Shown here in pieces: positions 9,283 to 18,520 of a DNA stretch of 20,000 nucleotides. The stretch's first letter is position 1; each line of letters opens with the position of its first letter. Location: assembly GCF_004010195.1 (NCBI RefSeq), contig NC_057720.1, forward strand, positions 8,530,227 through 8,550,226, given 5' to 3'. The notes beneath the pieces are model-generated. The model ran no database searches, had not been told where the DNA came from, and saw only the letters and a program-made list of their open reading frames with translations. The stretch comes from Chiloscyllium plagiosum (lineage: Eukaryota). The translations under genes were made by a program, and so were the position numbers.

Positions 9283-9730
9283 GGGTAAGTGTACTCCAAG
9301 TCGGCCGTCAAGATAAACAATAACGCTGAATTATCCAACAGAAACAGACAGTAAGTTCCACACTTATGAGGACTACCTCAAACACGATGTTGGGATCATG
9401 TCGCGCTACATGTAACCGCATCATACTGTTTTGTGCTTTTAAAATCTTCCCAACTAACCTACTTTGACACCATTACCTTGATTACTTGTGGTTATCTCGC
9501 TGCCTGAGTTAGTTTGTATGGTTTTTGATTACTTGTTACTTTGGTTAGACCCTTGTCATGCGACTTTGATATTCCAGCTAATTGGTTTGTCTCGATGATT
9601 TGTAATTATCTCCCTGCCTTAATTAATCAGTTCATAGGTCATCCCTGCACTTGCTATTCAGCCTGTTGATGTTCCACTCACACTATTTATACTTATCTGT
9701 TGACATTCTTAATTATCTGCAATTATTTTA
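9283..9730 (+). mobile_element. Penelope-like element: decayed GIY-YIG endonuclease C-terminus plus 3'UTR
   Basis: VSVLQVGRQDKQ*R*IIQQKQT/KFHTYEDYLKHDVGIMSRYM* resembles the recalled PLE end RVSVLQGG...EQKLIAKFRTHEDGLNRDLGFMSHY*. Confidence 0.7.
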
Positions 9731-10275
9731 AGACCATAAGGCATAGGAGCAGAAATTAGGCCATTCAACCTGTCTGCTCCACCATAAGTTTCTCAACCCC
9801 ATTCTCTAATTTTCTTCCCATAACCCTTGATCCCCTCTATACTCAAGAACCTATCTATCTCCATCTTAAATATACTCAATGACCTGGCCTCACAGCCTGC
9901 TGTGGCAGTGAATTCCATAGATTCACCACTTTCTGGCTGAAGAAGTTTCTCCTTATCTCCATTCTACAAGGTCTTCCCTTTAATCTAAGGCTGTGCCTTG
10001 GATCCTAGTCTCTCCAAACAATGAAAATGTCTTTCTAACATATATTCTGTAAAGGCCATTCAGTATTCTGTATGTTTCAATTAGATCCTCCCCCTCATCC
10101 TTCTAAATTCTATTGAATATAAAATCAGAGTCCTCAAATGTTCCTCATATGTTAAACTTTTCATTCCTGGGACCATTCTCATGAACGTCCTCCGAATATG
10201 CTCCAGAGCCAATATATCCTTCCTGAGATATGGTGCCCAAAACTGTGCACAATACTCCAAATGTGGGCTGACCAC
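9731..10275 (-). mobile_element. CR1 3' fragment inserted into the PLE
   Basis: ORF 10081..10275(-) VSPHLEYCAQFWAPYLRKDILALE...SLTYEE; tail at 9731-9760. Confidence 0.92.
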
Positions 10276-10421
10276 ACTTTGCCATGATCTCTCTTCTTAT
10301 GCATTCTGTGCCTGTGTGCCCCCCTCCATTTCACCTGACAAAGGAGCAGTGCCCCAATAGCTTGTGTTTTAAATAAATTTATTGGACCAAAACTGGGTAT
10401 CATATGAGTTTTGACTTGGCC
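10276..10421 (+). mobile_element. PLE 3' terminal with degenerate HHR (continuation of 9283-9730)
   Basis: CACCTGACAAAGGAGCAGTGCCCCAATAGCTTGTG...AATAAATTTATTGGAC; reverse complement of the family at 6450 and 11263. Confidence 0.75.
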
Positions 10422-10424
10422 CAG

Positions 10425-10620
10425 ATAATGACAGCATTTACGAACCAAAAGGTTTTTATTTGACAGTAATGGTCATTATTTGCTGTAATGGTCACCATTA
10501 CTGAGACTAACTTCATATTGCAAATTTTATTAATTGATTTTAAAGTCCATCAGCTGCTCTGCTGAGATTTGAACTCAAATACATTAAGCAATAGCCATAG
10601 CACTCCATTCACGGTAATAT
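10425..10620 (-). mobile_element. SINE 5' half (continuation of 9120-9281)
   Basis: GAACCAAAAGGTTTTT...ATGGTCACCATTACTGAGACT...GATTTGAACTC (B-box); collinear with 8190-8310. Confidence 0.7.
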
Positions 10621-10999
10621 TCATCTCACTGACTGTCAGCAGGGGTTTCCACCTGTGGAAGTGAAGGGGAATAACCCAGAACAGTCAGGACCTTGGAATA
10701 TTCTCTAAATCTCGGACTGAATGCTGCATTGTTTGAAGTACTTGGCAAGCCTTGTCTGCTAATTGATTACAGTAGTGTGATCCACTGAAGTCAGGCAGAA
10801 GCTGCCCAGAATCCCAGCATGATACCATCTGATTTTATTATTTCAGTTATGAAATGGCTTTTAATGCTCTTTGTGATATGAAGATGACAAAAACTATTAA
10901 TTGCAGAGTCACAGTTAAAACAAAGAAACTCTTGCACTTGTATCACTCTTTTCATGTTCTTAAAATGACCCAAAATGCTTGTCAGTCATTGTACTTAAC

Positions 11000-11172
11000 G
11001 GGGGGTTGGTTAATTCAGTTGGCTCGATGGCTGGTTTGCAATATGGAGCAATTCCACCACCAGGGATTCAGTTTCTGCACTGCCTGGTGCAATGATCTTC
11101 AGGTTATTGCACCAGGCAGTTGTCTCTCTCCAATGCACAGCAGCCCTCTGCGAATATGGGTGACTTTCCTTT
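11000..11172 (+). mobile_element. Degenerate tRNA-derived SINE (third family)
   Basis: GGGGGTTGGTTAATTCAGTTGG A-box-like head; ends CAGTTGTCTCTCTCCAATG...GCAGCCCT...GACTTTCCTTT. Confidence 0.55.
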
Positions 11173-11179
11173 CTCTTAA

Positions 11180-11580
11180 CTCCGGAAACATGGCAGCCAA
11201 TTTGTGCACAGGAAGGTCCCAAAAGAAGCAATGAATCAATATCAGAGTGACCTGCTTTTAGTAATGATGTGGAGGTGCTGGTGTTGGACCAGGGTGGACA
11301 AAGTCAGAAGTCACATGACACGAGGTTCTAGTCCAACAGGTTTATTTGAAATCACAAGCTTTCAGAGCACTGCGTCTTTGTCGGGTGAAGACGTCTGTTG
11401 GACTACAACCTGGTGTGATGTGACTTATGACTTTGTTTTTAGTGATGTAGGTTGAGGGATAAGTGTTGGTCAGTACACAGGAGAGCACTCTTGTGTTCTT
11501 CTTCAAAGAAATGCCATGTTTTTTGTCCTCCAGAGACATCGATGAGGGCTCAATATAGTGAACAATCCAAATGACAATTT
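11180..11580 (-). mobile_element. Deu-domain SINE (SacSINE1/AmnSINE1-like), split by a PLE insert at 11263-11436
   Basis: GGCAGCCAATTTGTGCACAG...TTTTAGT|GATGTAGGTTGAGGGATAAGTGTTGGTCAGTACAC...TCTTCTTCAAAGAAATGCCATG matches the recalled reverse complement of the Deu domain. Confidence 0.65.
11263..11436 (-). mobile_element. PLE terminal insert with inverted duplication and 7-bp TSD
   Basis: TTTTAGT at 11256-11262 and 11437-11443; 42-bp inverted repeat 11298-11339/11395-11436 (38/42); decayed HHR at about 11357-11384. Confidence 0.82.
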
Positions 11581-11804
11581 TACATTACAATGTAACTGAT
11601 GAAGGGTTTGTTGAAGACTACAATCACGTAGAAAATGCCAATTTTAAGGTGGCTGAGCAGTCCGGGTAGTCTGTCAGTATGCTGGCTTTATATGCTATAA
11701 GATTAATTCTGTACTTTAAGCACAGAAGCTGCATTTAGAAGGGAACTTAGGTCATTAAATTGTAGCCCTGAATCCCTGCATGGCAGTACCTAAAGATAAA
11801 AACA

Positions 11805-12162
11805 TAATGGAGAAATTCAAAACTGTCAATGGTCTGGACAGAGTAAATATGGAGAACGTGTTGCTATTGTGGGAGGATCAAGAATCAGAGAGCACAGTAA
11901 TTGTGAGGAATAAGCAAAAGACACAATGGTGACCTAAGGCAAAGACTTCCCTTGCAGCAAGTGGCTAGGATCTGGAATAAACTGGCTGAGAGTGGTGGGG
12001 CAGGTTCAAACCAGTGTATTCAACACGGAATTAGACTGCTGTCTGAAAGGGAAAGGTATGCACGATTGCTGAAGTATGAAGCTAAGCGAATTGATCACTT
12101 GTAGAGCCTGTGTAGAAACAATGGGCCGAATAGCCTCCTTCTGCACGAAAATAATTCTATGG
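11805..12162 (+). mobile_element. Old CR1 3' fragment
   Basis: FKTVNGLDRVN...VARIWNKL; ends ATGGGCCGAATAGCCTCCTTCTG...ATTCTATG. Confidence 0.75.
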
Positions 12163-12500
12163 CTGATTGAGACTGATGCATTATCGCTGTGTAAGTTCAG
12201 GCAGAGATTTTTTTTTGTTGCTACTTACATCAACTTCTCTCTTCCTCCACCTTCTGAATTTGGATCCTTCTCTGTGACCTGGAGTTCTCATATGCAACCG
12301 GAGGAAACCAATAGCATTCTGAACATACTCAATAGTCAAGGAAGTAAAAAGGGGAGGGAATTGCCTGGAAATACTAGATGCATGGTGATCGTATTCACAG
12401 ATTCTTTAGACTCTGGGCCAGTTCCTACACATTGGACGGTGATTAATGTAATGCCCCCTAATTGAAAACGCACATAGAGAGAAAACAGCAAATTATAGAC

Positions 12501-12601
12501 AAAAATTGAGAATGCTGGAAAAGCTCAGCAAGTCTGGCAGCATCTGTAGCGAGAAATCAGAGTTAATATTTTGGATATAGTAACCCTTCCTCAGAATAGA
12601 G
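12501..12601 (-). mobile_element. Short PLE terminal insert with degenerate HHR and 10-bp TSD
   Basis: AATTATAGAC at 12491-12500 and 12602-12611 duplicates the CR1 NYR codons. Minus strand CTGAGGA-A-GGGT...ATCC-AAAA-TATTA. Confidence 0.85.
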
Positions 12602-12968
12602 AATTATAGACCAGTGAGTTTGACGTTGATAGTAAGGAAGATGTTAGACTCCCATTATCAAGGATTTTATAGCAGGGATCTTAGAAAATAGTAGTAGAAT
12701 TAAATGCAATCAGCATGGATTTACAAAAGTAAATTCATCTAATGGAATTCTTTGAGGGCATAAATAATAAAGTTGATTATGGGAAGCCAGTAGATGTGGT
12801 TTATTTGCATTTTCAGAAGGTTTTCAACAAAGTCGCACATAAGAGATTAATGCATAATATTAATGCACATGAGCTTGGGGTAGGGTATTGAGATGGATAG
12901 AAAATTGATTATCAAACAGGAAATGAAGTGTAACAACAAATGGGTCATTTTCTAAATGGCAGGCAAGT

Positions 12969-14150
12969 AGGGATTTCTCCTAGGATTCTCTGGGAAACCA
13001 GGGAGGAGGTTGCAGAGTCTTTGGCTTTGATCATCATTATGTCATCATTGTCTACAGGAATAGTGTTAGAAGACTAGAGGATAACAATTGTTTAAGAAGG
13101 GGAGTAGAGACAACTCTGTAATTATAGACCAGTGAGCCTTACTTTAGTTGTGGGCAAAGTGTTGGAAAAGGTTATAAGAGATAGGGTTTATATCTAGAGA
13201 GGAATAAATTGATTCAGGATAGTCAACATGGTTTTGTGAAGGGTAGCTTGTGCCTCATAAACGTTATTGAGTTCTGGGAGATTGTGACCAAACAGGTGGA
13301 TGAGGGTAAAGCGGTTGATCTGGTGTATATGGATTTCAGTAAGGGGTTTGATAAGGTTCCCCACGGTAGGCTATTGCACAAAATACAGAGGCATGGGATT
13401 GAGGGTGATTTAACGGTTTGAATCAGAAGTTGACTAGCTGAAAGAAGACAGAGGGTGGTGGTTGATGGGAAATGTTCATCCTGGAGTAGTGTACTGCAAG
13501 GATCTAATTTTGGGTTCACTGCTGTTTGTCATTTTTATAAATTACCTGGATGAGGGCATAGAAGGATGGGTTAGTAAATTTGTGGATGACACGAAGGTAG
13601 GTGGAGTTGTGGATACTGCTGAAGGATGTTGCAAGTTACAGAAGGACATAGACAAGCTGCAGAACTGGGCTGACAGGTGGCAAATGTGGTTTAATATGGG
13701 AAAGAGTAAGTTGATTTTCTTTGGAAGGAGCAACAGGAATAAGGAGTACTGGGCTAATGGCAAGATTCTTGGGAGTAAAGATGAGCAGAGAGATCTCGGC
13801 TTCCATGTACATAGATCCCTGAAAATTGCCATCAAGGTCGATAGGGTTGTTAAGAAGGCATACAACATGTTAGATTTTATTGGTAGAGGGATTGAATTTC
13901 ATGAGGTCATGTTGCAGCTATACAAAACTCTGGTGCAGCTGCACTTAGAGTATTGTGTACAGTTCTGGTCACCACATTATAGGAAGGATGTGGAAGCTTT
14001 GAAAACGGTTCGGAGAGGATTTACTAGGATGTTGTCTGGTATGGACGGAAGGTCTTATGAGGAAAGGCTGAAGGATTTGAGGCTGTTTTCATGAGAGAGA
14101 AGAAGGTTGAGAGGCGACTTAATTGAGACATACAAGATGATCAGAGGATT
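12969..14150 (+). mobile_element. Younger CR1 'C' reverse-transcriptase segment (pseudogenised)
   Basis: ORFs 13209..13421 (SQHGFVKG..CL.N.IEF, VDLVYMDFSKGFDKVPH) and 13462..14094 (LFVIFIN.LD, SKFVDDTKVGG, LEYCVQFWSPHY); stops and frameshifts; no 3'UTR. Confidence 0.93.
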
Positions 14151-14236
14151 CACAATAGATATTAATGATTCAGATGTGGTAACAAAATATAATTTTTCAA
14201 AATTTAGAGATGATACAAAGCTGGGTGGAAGATTGA

Positions 14237-14464
14237 GGGATGCAGTGGTGGCTTGGTATTTACCACTGCTGTCTCACTGCACTAAGAATCCAGGTTTGAT
14301 TCTCCTTGTGTCAGTGTGAGTTTTCACTGGGTGCTATGATTTCCTCCCGCAGTGCAAAGATGTGCAGGTTGGGTGGATTATTAATACTAAGTTGTGCAGG
14401 TTAGGTGGGTTAGCCATGGTAAGTGTGGAGTTATGGGGTCAGGACAAGGTAGGAGGTTGGGATG
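14237..14464 (+). mobile_element. Degenerate HE1/V-SINE-like SINE
   Basis: GTGGTGGCTTGGTATTTACCACTGCTGTCTCAC...GGTTTGATTC...TTTCCTCCCGCAGTGCAAAGATGTGCAGGTT. Confidence 0.75.
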
Positions 14465-14624
14465 ACGTGTGAAGAGAGATTAAGTCGGTTAGGATTATAT
14501 TCCCTGGAGTTTAGAAGAATGAGGGGGATTTGATAGAAACCTCTAAAACTCTAACAGGACAAGACAGAATAAATGCAGGAAGGATGTTGCCAATGGTAGG
14601 AGAGCCCAGAACCATCGTTTAAGG

Positions 14625-14755
14625 GGATCATAGGTTATGGAGAGATGGTGGGAGAATGAGGTTGAGAATTTATAAGCCATGATTGAATGGTGGAGCAAAC
14701 TCAATGGGCCGAATGGCCTAATTTCTGTTCCTGTGTGCTATGGTGTTATGGTCTA
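14625..14755 (+). mobile_element. Short CR1 3'UTR insert 'D'
   Basis: AGCCATGATTGAATGGTGGAGCAAACTCAATGGGCCGAATGGCCTAATT plus (TATGGT) tail; possible TAAGG duplication at 14620-14624/14756-14760. Confidence 0.8.
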
Positions 14756-15269
14756 TAAGGATAAGGAATAAACATTTGGAGAAATGTCTTCACCCAGAGA
14801 GTGTGAGCCTGTGGCGTTCAATGCCACAGAAAGCAGTTAAGGCCAAAACATTATGTTTTCAAGAAGGAGGTAGATGCAGCTCTTATGGCTAAAGGGTTCA
14901 AAGAGTATGGGGCACGATATACAGCCATGTTCATGTTAAATGACGGAACAGGCTCAAGAGGTCAATTAGCCTATTCTTGCTCCTATCTTCTATATTTCTA
15001 TGTTTTTAAGAAATAACAACAATCATTCAAGAAAAGGTACCAGGGAAACTAACAGAACAAAAGATTGATAGGTGCCCTGAACTTGTGAGATGTCTCCTTA
15101 GTAATTAAAGGAAGTAGATATAGAGATAATGGATGCATTGCTAGTAATATTCCAAGAATCCTTAGTTTTGGGGAAAGTGTCATGTAACGTCCACATTCAG
15201 AACAGGAGGGAGCCAACAAACCAGATAGCTTAACATCTGTCATTCATAAATTGTTAAGAGTCTTAGGTT

Positions 15270-15560
15270 TATAGAGCCATAAAGATGAAAACATTCCGAC
15301 CCAACTCATCCATGCCAACCAGATATCGTAAATTAATCTAGTCCCATTTTCCAGCATTTGCCCTCTATCCCTCTAAACACTTCCTATTCATGTCGCCATC
15401 AAAATGCCTTTTAAATGTTGTAATTGCACTAGACTCCACCACTTCCTCTGGCATCTCATTCCATACACGCGCCTTTCCCCTTAGGTCCCTTTTAAATCTT
15501 TCCCCTCTCACCCTAAACCGATGGCCTCTATTTCTGGAATCCCGCAACCCAAAAAAAAAA
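15270..15560 (-). mobile_element. CR1 3' fragment 'E' inserted antisense into CR1 'A'
   Basis: ORF 15365..15592(-) SRNRGHRFRVRGERFKRDLRG..RVWNEMPEEVVE...FKRHFD. Confidence 0.88.
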
Positions 15561-16931
15561 CCATCATAAAGGATGCGTTTGTTGATGATCAAGTAAAGTT
15601 AGTGTGGCTTCATAGATTCATGTTCTTTGAGGAGCAAACAAACAGGATAGATAAAGGGGAAGCATTAGATGTAATGAATTAAATTTCCAAATGGCATTTG
15701 TTAAGGTACCACATGCTACTAAATAAGAGAAGAGCTCTGGGTATTGTGGGTAGAATTTTAGCATGGATGGTCAATTCTCTAACTAATAGAAGACTAAGAG
15801 GTGTGATAAGGGGAGTATTTCTAGGATGGCACTAGTAGAGTGCACAGGGATCAATGTTGGAGTCAAGATTATTGCCAACATACATTAATGACTTGGATGA
15901 GGAGAATGAATGTAACATTGCCAAGGTTTCTGAATGACAAAAAAAGTATAGTGGGAAGGTAAGTGGTGAGAATGACACACAGTGTTTACACAGGGAATAC
16001 ACAGGTTGAGTGAATGGACACAACTTGCCAGATGGAATATAATGTGGGAACATGTGAGGTTATGCACTTCTTCAGGAAGAATAGAGGAGCTGAATATTAT
16101 TTAAATAGACTGCCGAGCAGAGGGATGGAATCAGGAAAAGCCAGCACCCAAGTTCACCAAGTAATAGCTTTTATTTCAGGTGAATAGAATATAAAAGTAT
16201 GGAGGCTTTGCTAAAACCAAACACGTCACTAATCAGATGGAATATTGTGAACAGCTTTGGTTCCTTTACCTAAAGAAGGATATATTAATGTTGGGGGCAG
16301 TCCAGAGAAGGTTACCTGGGATGAATCAAGTTACAGAGGGGCTTTATTATGAGGAGATGTTGAGTAAGTTGATTTGTATTCATTGAAATTGAGAAGAGTA
16401 AAAGGTGACTGTGTTCAACTTTATAATATTCTTAACAGTATTGACAGGGTAGATGCAGAGAAGTTAATTTCCCTTGTGTGAGAATCTAGGACCCAATGTC
16501 TTAAATTCAGAATAAGGGATCACACATTTAAGAGGAACATTTTCGCTTAGAGGATAGTGAATCTGTGAAATTCTTTATTACAAAGGACTGTGGAGATTGG
16601 GTTGTTAAGTATATTCAAGGCCGAGGTAGACGGATCTTTAATCAGTGCAGGAATCAAGGTTTATGGGGAATAGACAAGAAAGTGTTGAGGATTATTAGAT
16701 AAACCCGTGATCTCACTGAATGTCAGAGCAGACTTGATGGGCAAAATGGCCCACTCCCACAGCTTGTAATCTTATGCCAGCCCCTTCCCAAAAGGGTGTA
16801 TCTTCCATATCTGATTAAAGAGTGCATTACCTGTCGATACACTTCCCAGCAGACTGTTCCACAGTAATCAGGAGTAGAAACCTGAGGACTGATTATATTT
16901 TAAACACTGATCTCACTGAGGGGCTCTCAGT

Positions 16932-17290
16932 TCATACAATCCCCACAGTGTAGAAGCAGGCCATTTGGCCTATCGAGTCCACACTGAACCTACGTAGAGC
17001 ATCCCACCCAGATCCAGTCCCCCAACCTATCCCCATAACCCTGAATTTCCCAAGATTAATCCACCTTGTCTGCATATCCTCGGACAATATGGAAAATTTA
17101 ATATGGATAATCTATCTAAGCTGCACATCTTTAGACTGTGGGAGGAAACGAGTGCACCCAGAGGAATACTTTGCAGACTCTGGGAGAATGTGCAAACTCC
17201 TCAGAGACTGTCACCTGAGGATGGAAACGAACCCAGGCCCCTGATGCTGTGAGGCAGCAATGCTAACCACTGAGCCACTGTGCCCCGCCC
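16932..17290 (-). mobile_element. HE1/V-SINE-like SINE, full length
   Basis: Minus strand GGGCACAGTGGCTCAGTGGTTAGCATTGCTGCCTCACAGCATCAGGGGCCTGGGTTCGTTTCC head, GAGTTTGCACATTCTCCC domain, CR1-type tail. Confidence 0.9.
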
Positions 17291-17428
17291 CCCCCCTCCT
17301 CCAGGAAACAGGACAAAGGCATTTCTCCAAATTGAGATATTGTCTACCGAGCTTATCTCCTTCAAATGGACTGGGGCAAAACTCCAGCTGGAAAGGAGCT
17401 CAGACACTCGCACTATCTGGGGTGCAGG

Positions 17429-17578
17429 TAGAATCATAGAGATCGACAAAACAGAAAAAGGCCCTTTAGTCCATCGGTTACCTGCCAGTCATAAACAAGC
17501 CAAACTATTCTAATGTAATTTTCCAGCACTTGGTCAATAGCCTTGTATGCTGTAGAAGCTCAAACATGCATCTAGTTA
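17429..17578 (-). mobile_element. CR1 3'UTR fragment
   Basis: TAGAATCATAGAG...ACAGAAAAAGGCCCTTTAGTCCATC...TTCCAGCACTTGGTC. Confidence 0.72.
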
Positions 17579-17757
17579 CGAGGGGCTGGGTGATAAAATG
17601 GAGAGCCTCAACATCCCTCCTCACCTAGAAGCTTGACAATTTGAAGTGCCCTGTCATAAATCATAATTACTTGGGATATTTCTCTCAGGGTGTCTGGCTG
17701 TAACAATACGCTAGTATTTCTGCATATATGCAATGCATGTGTGCAATTGCTAAATGC

Positions 17758-18050
17758 CATAGAGTCATAGAGTCATACAGCATGGAAACAGATCCTTCAG
17801 TGCAACTGATCTATACCAACCATGTTCCCCAACCAATCTGGTCCCACTTGGCTGCACTTGATTCATGTCCTTCCAAACCTTTCCTATTTATGAACTGTAA
17901 CTGTACACACATGCACCACTTTCCCTGGCAGTACATTCCACACATGAGCCACTATCTGTGTAAAAACATTGTTCCTCGTTTCCTTTTTAAATCTTGTTGC
18001 TCTCACCTTAAAAAAATACGCCCCCTAGTTTTGGACTTCTCCATCGTAGG
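17758..18050 (-). mobile_element. CR1 3' fragment
   Basis: (CATAGAGT)n tail; homologous to 15270-15560 and 19597-20000. Confidence 0.85.
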
Positions 18051-18067
18051 AGGTGTTCAAAATGTAG

Positions 18068-18255
18068 CTTAGTAAGCTTTCCTTTATTGGTCAGAGCATT
18101 GAGTATAGGGGTTGGGACATCACGTTGAGGTTGTGCAGGACACTGGTGAGGCCTCTTCTGGAGAACTGTGTACAGTTCTGGTTGCCCTGTTGCAGGGGGA
18201 ATATTATTAAACAGGAGACGGTTCAGAAAAGATTTATCAGAATGTTGCTGGGAGT
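18068..18255 (+). mobile_element. CR1 ORF2 fragment, opposite orientation to its left neighbour
   Basis: LSFIGQSIEYRGWDITLRLCRTLVRPLLENCVQFWLPC...VQKRFIRMLLG. Confidence 0.88.
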
Positions 18256-18520
18256 AAACTGGACATTACAAAACACATCCTCTTTCCCCTACATCAACTG
18301 CATCTCAGAAAAGACTGTCAGACTACTTAGACTTCTTAGCATCATGATAGTCCACAAACCCACCAAACACGAAAATTGCAGCTAATGAACTTGAAAGACC
18401 CTTTACAGGCAACAGGCAAAACTAAGGTCAGTTACAAATAAACCTTGCCAGAACTGTAACAAACACTACATTGGACAAATCAGCAGAAAACTAGCCACCA
18501 AGATATATGAACATCAACTT
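18256..18520 (+). mobile_element. Penelope-like element linker and GIY-YIG endonuclease N-terminal fragment (Poseidon-like)
   Basis: FPYINCISEKTVRLLR...HKPT / LMNLKDPL...KVSYK / PCQNCNKHYIGQISRKLATKIYEHQL matches the VYKIPC..C...YIGQT.R.L..R..EH motif. Confidence 0.85.

Larger units (their letters stand above)
12363..15007 (+). mobile_element. Middle CR1 'B' (segments about 12363-12500, 12612-12968, 14149-14232, 14465-14620, 14756-15007)
   Basis: VFTDSLDSGPVPTHW..NV.P...NYR|PVSLT, QHGF, VDVVYLHFQKVFNKV.H, FTIDIND...SKFRDDTKLGG, EERLSRLGLYSLEFRRMRG, then 3' tail at about 14965-15007. Confidence 0.78.
12296..16776 (+). mobile_element. Outer old CR1 'A' (segments about 12296-12362, 15008-15262, 15561-16776) hosting nested inserts
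   Basis: EKV.GKL, KEVDIEIMDALLVIFQESL, ES|IIKD, FFEE...IDKGE, QGSML...TYINDLDEE, KCEVMHF-like, then 3'UTR GATGGGCAAAATGGCC. The link to 12296-12362 is inferred from consensus collinearity. Confidence 0.75.

Noticed and set aside
10466..10501. GTAATGGTCA direct repeat and GTAATGGT-C-ACCATTAC palindrome
   Set aside because: It lies within a SINE, and a small local duplication explains it.
10854..11455. 126-aa and 83-aa ORFs
   Set aside because: They read through unique DNA into SINE and PLE sequence and are likely chance ORFs.
13462..14094. Longest ORF (210 aa) as a functional or domesticated reverse transcriptase
   Set aside because: It is a fragment of a CR1 ORF2 flanked by stops and frameshifts, and the PQGS motif region is disrupted.
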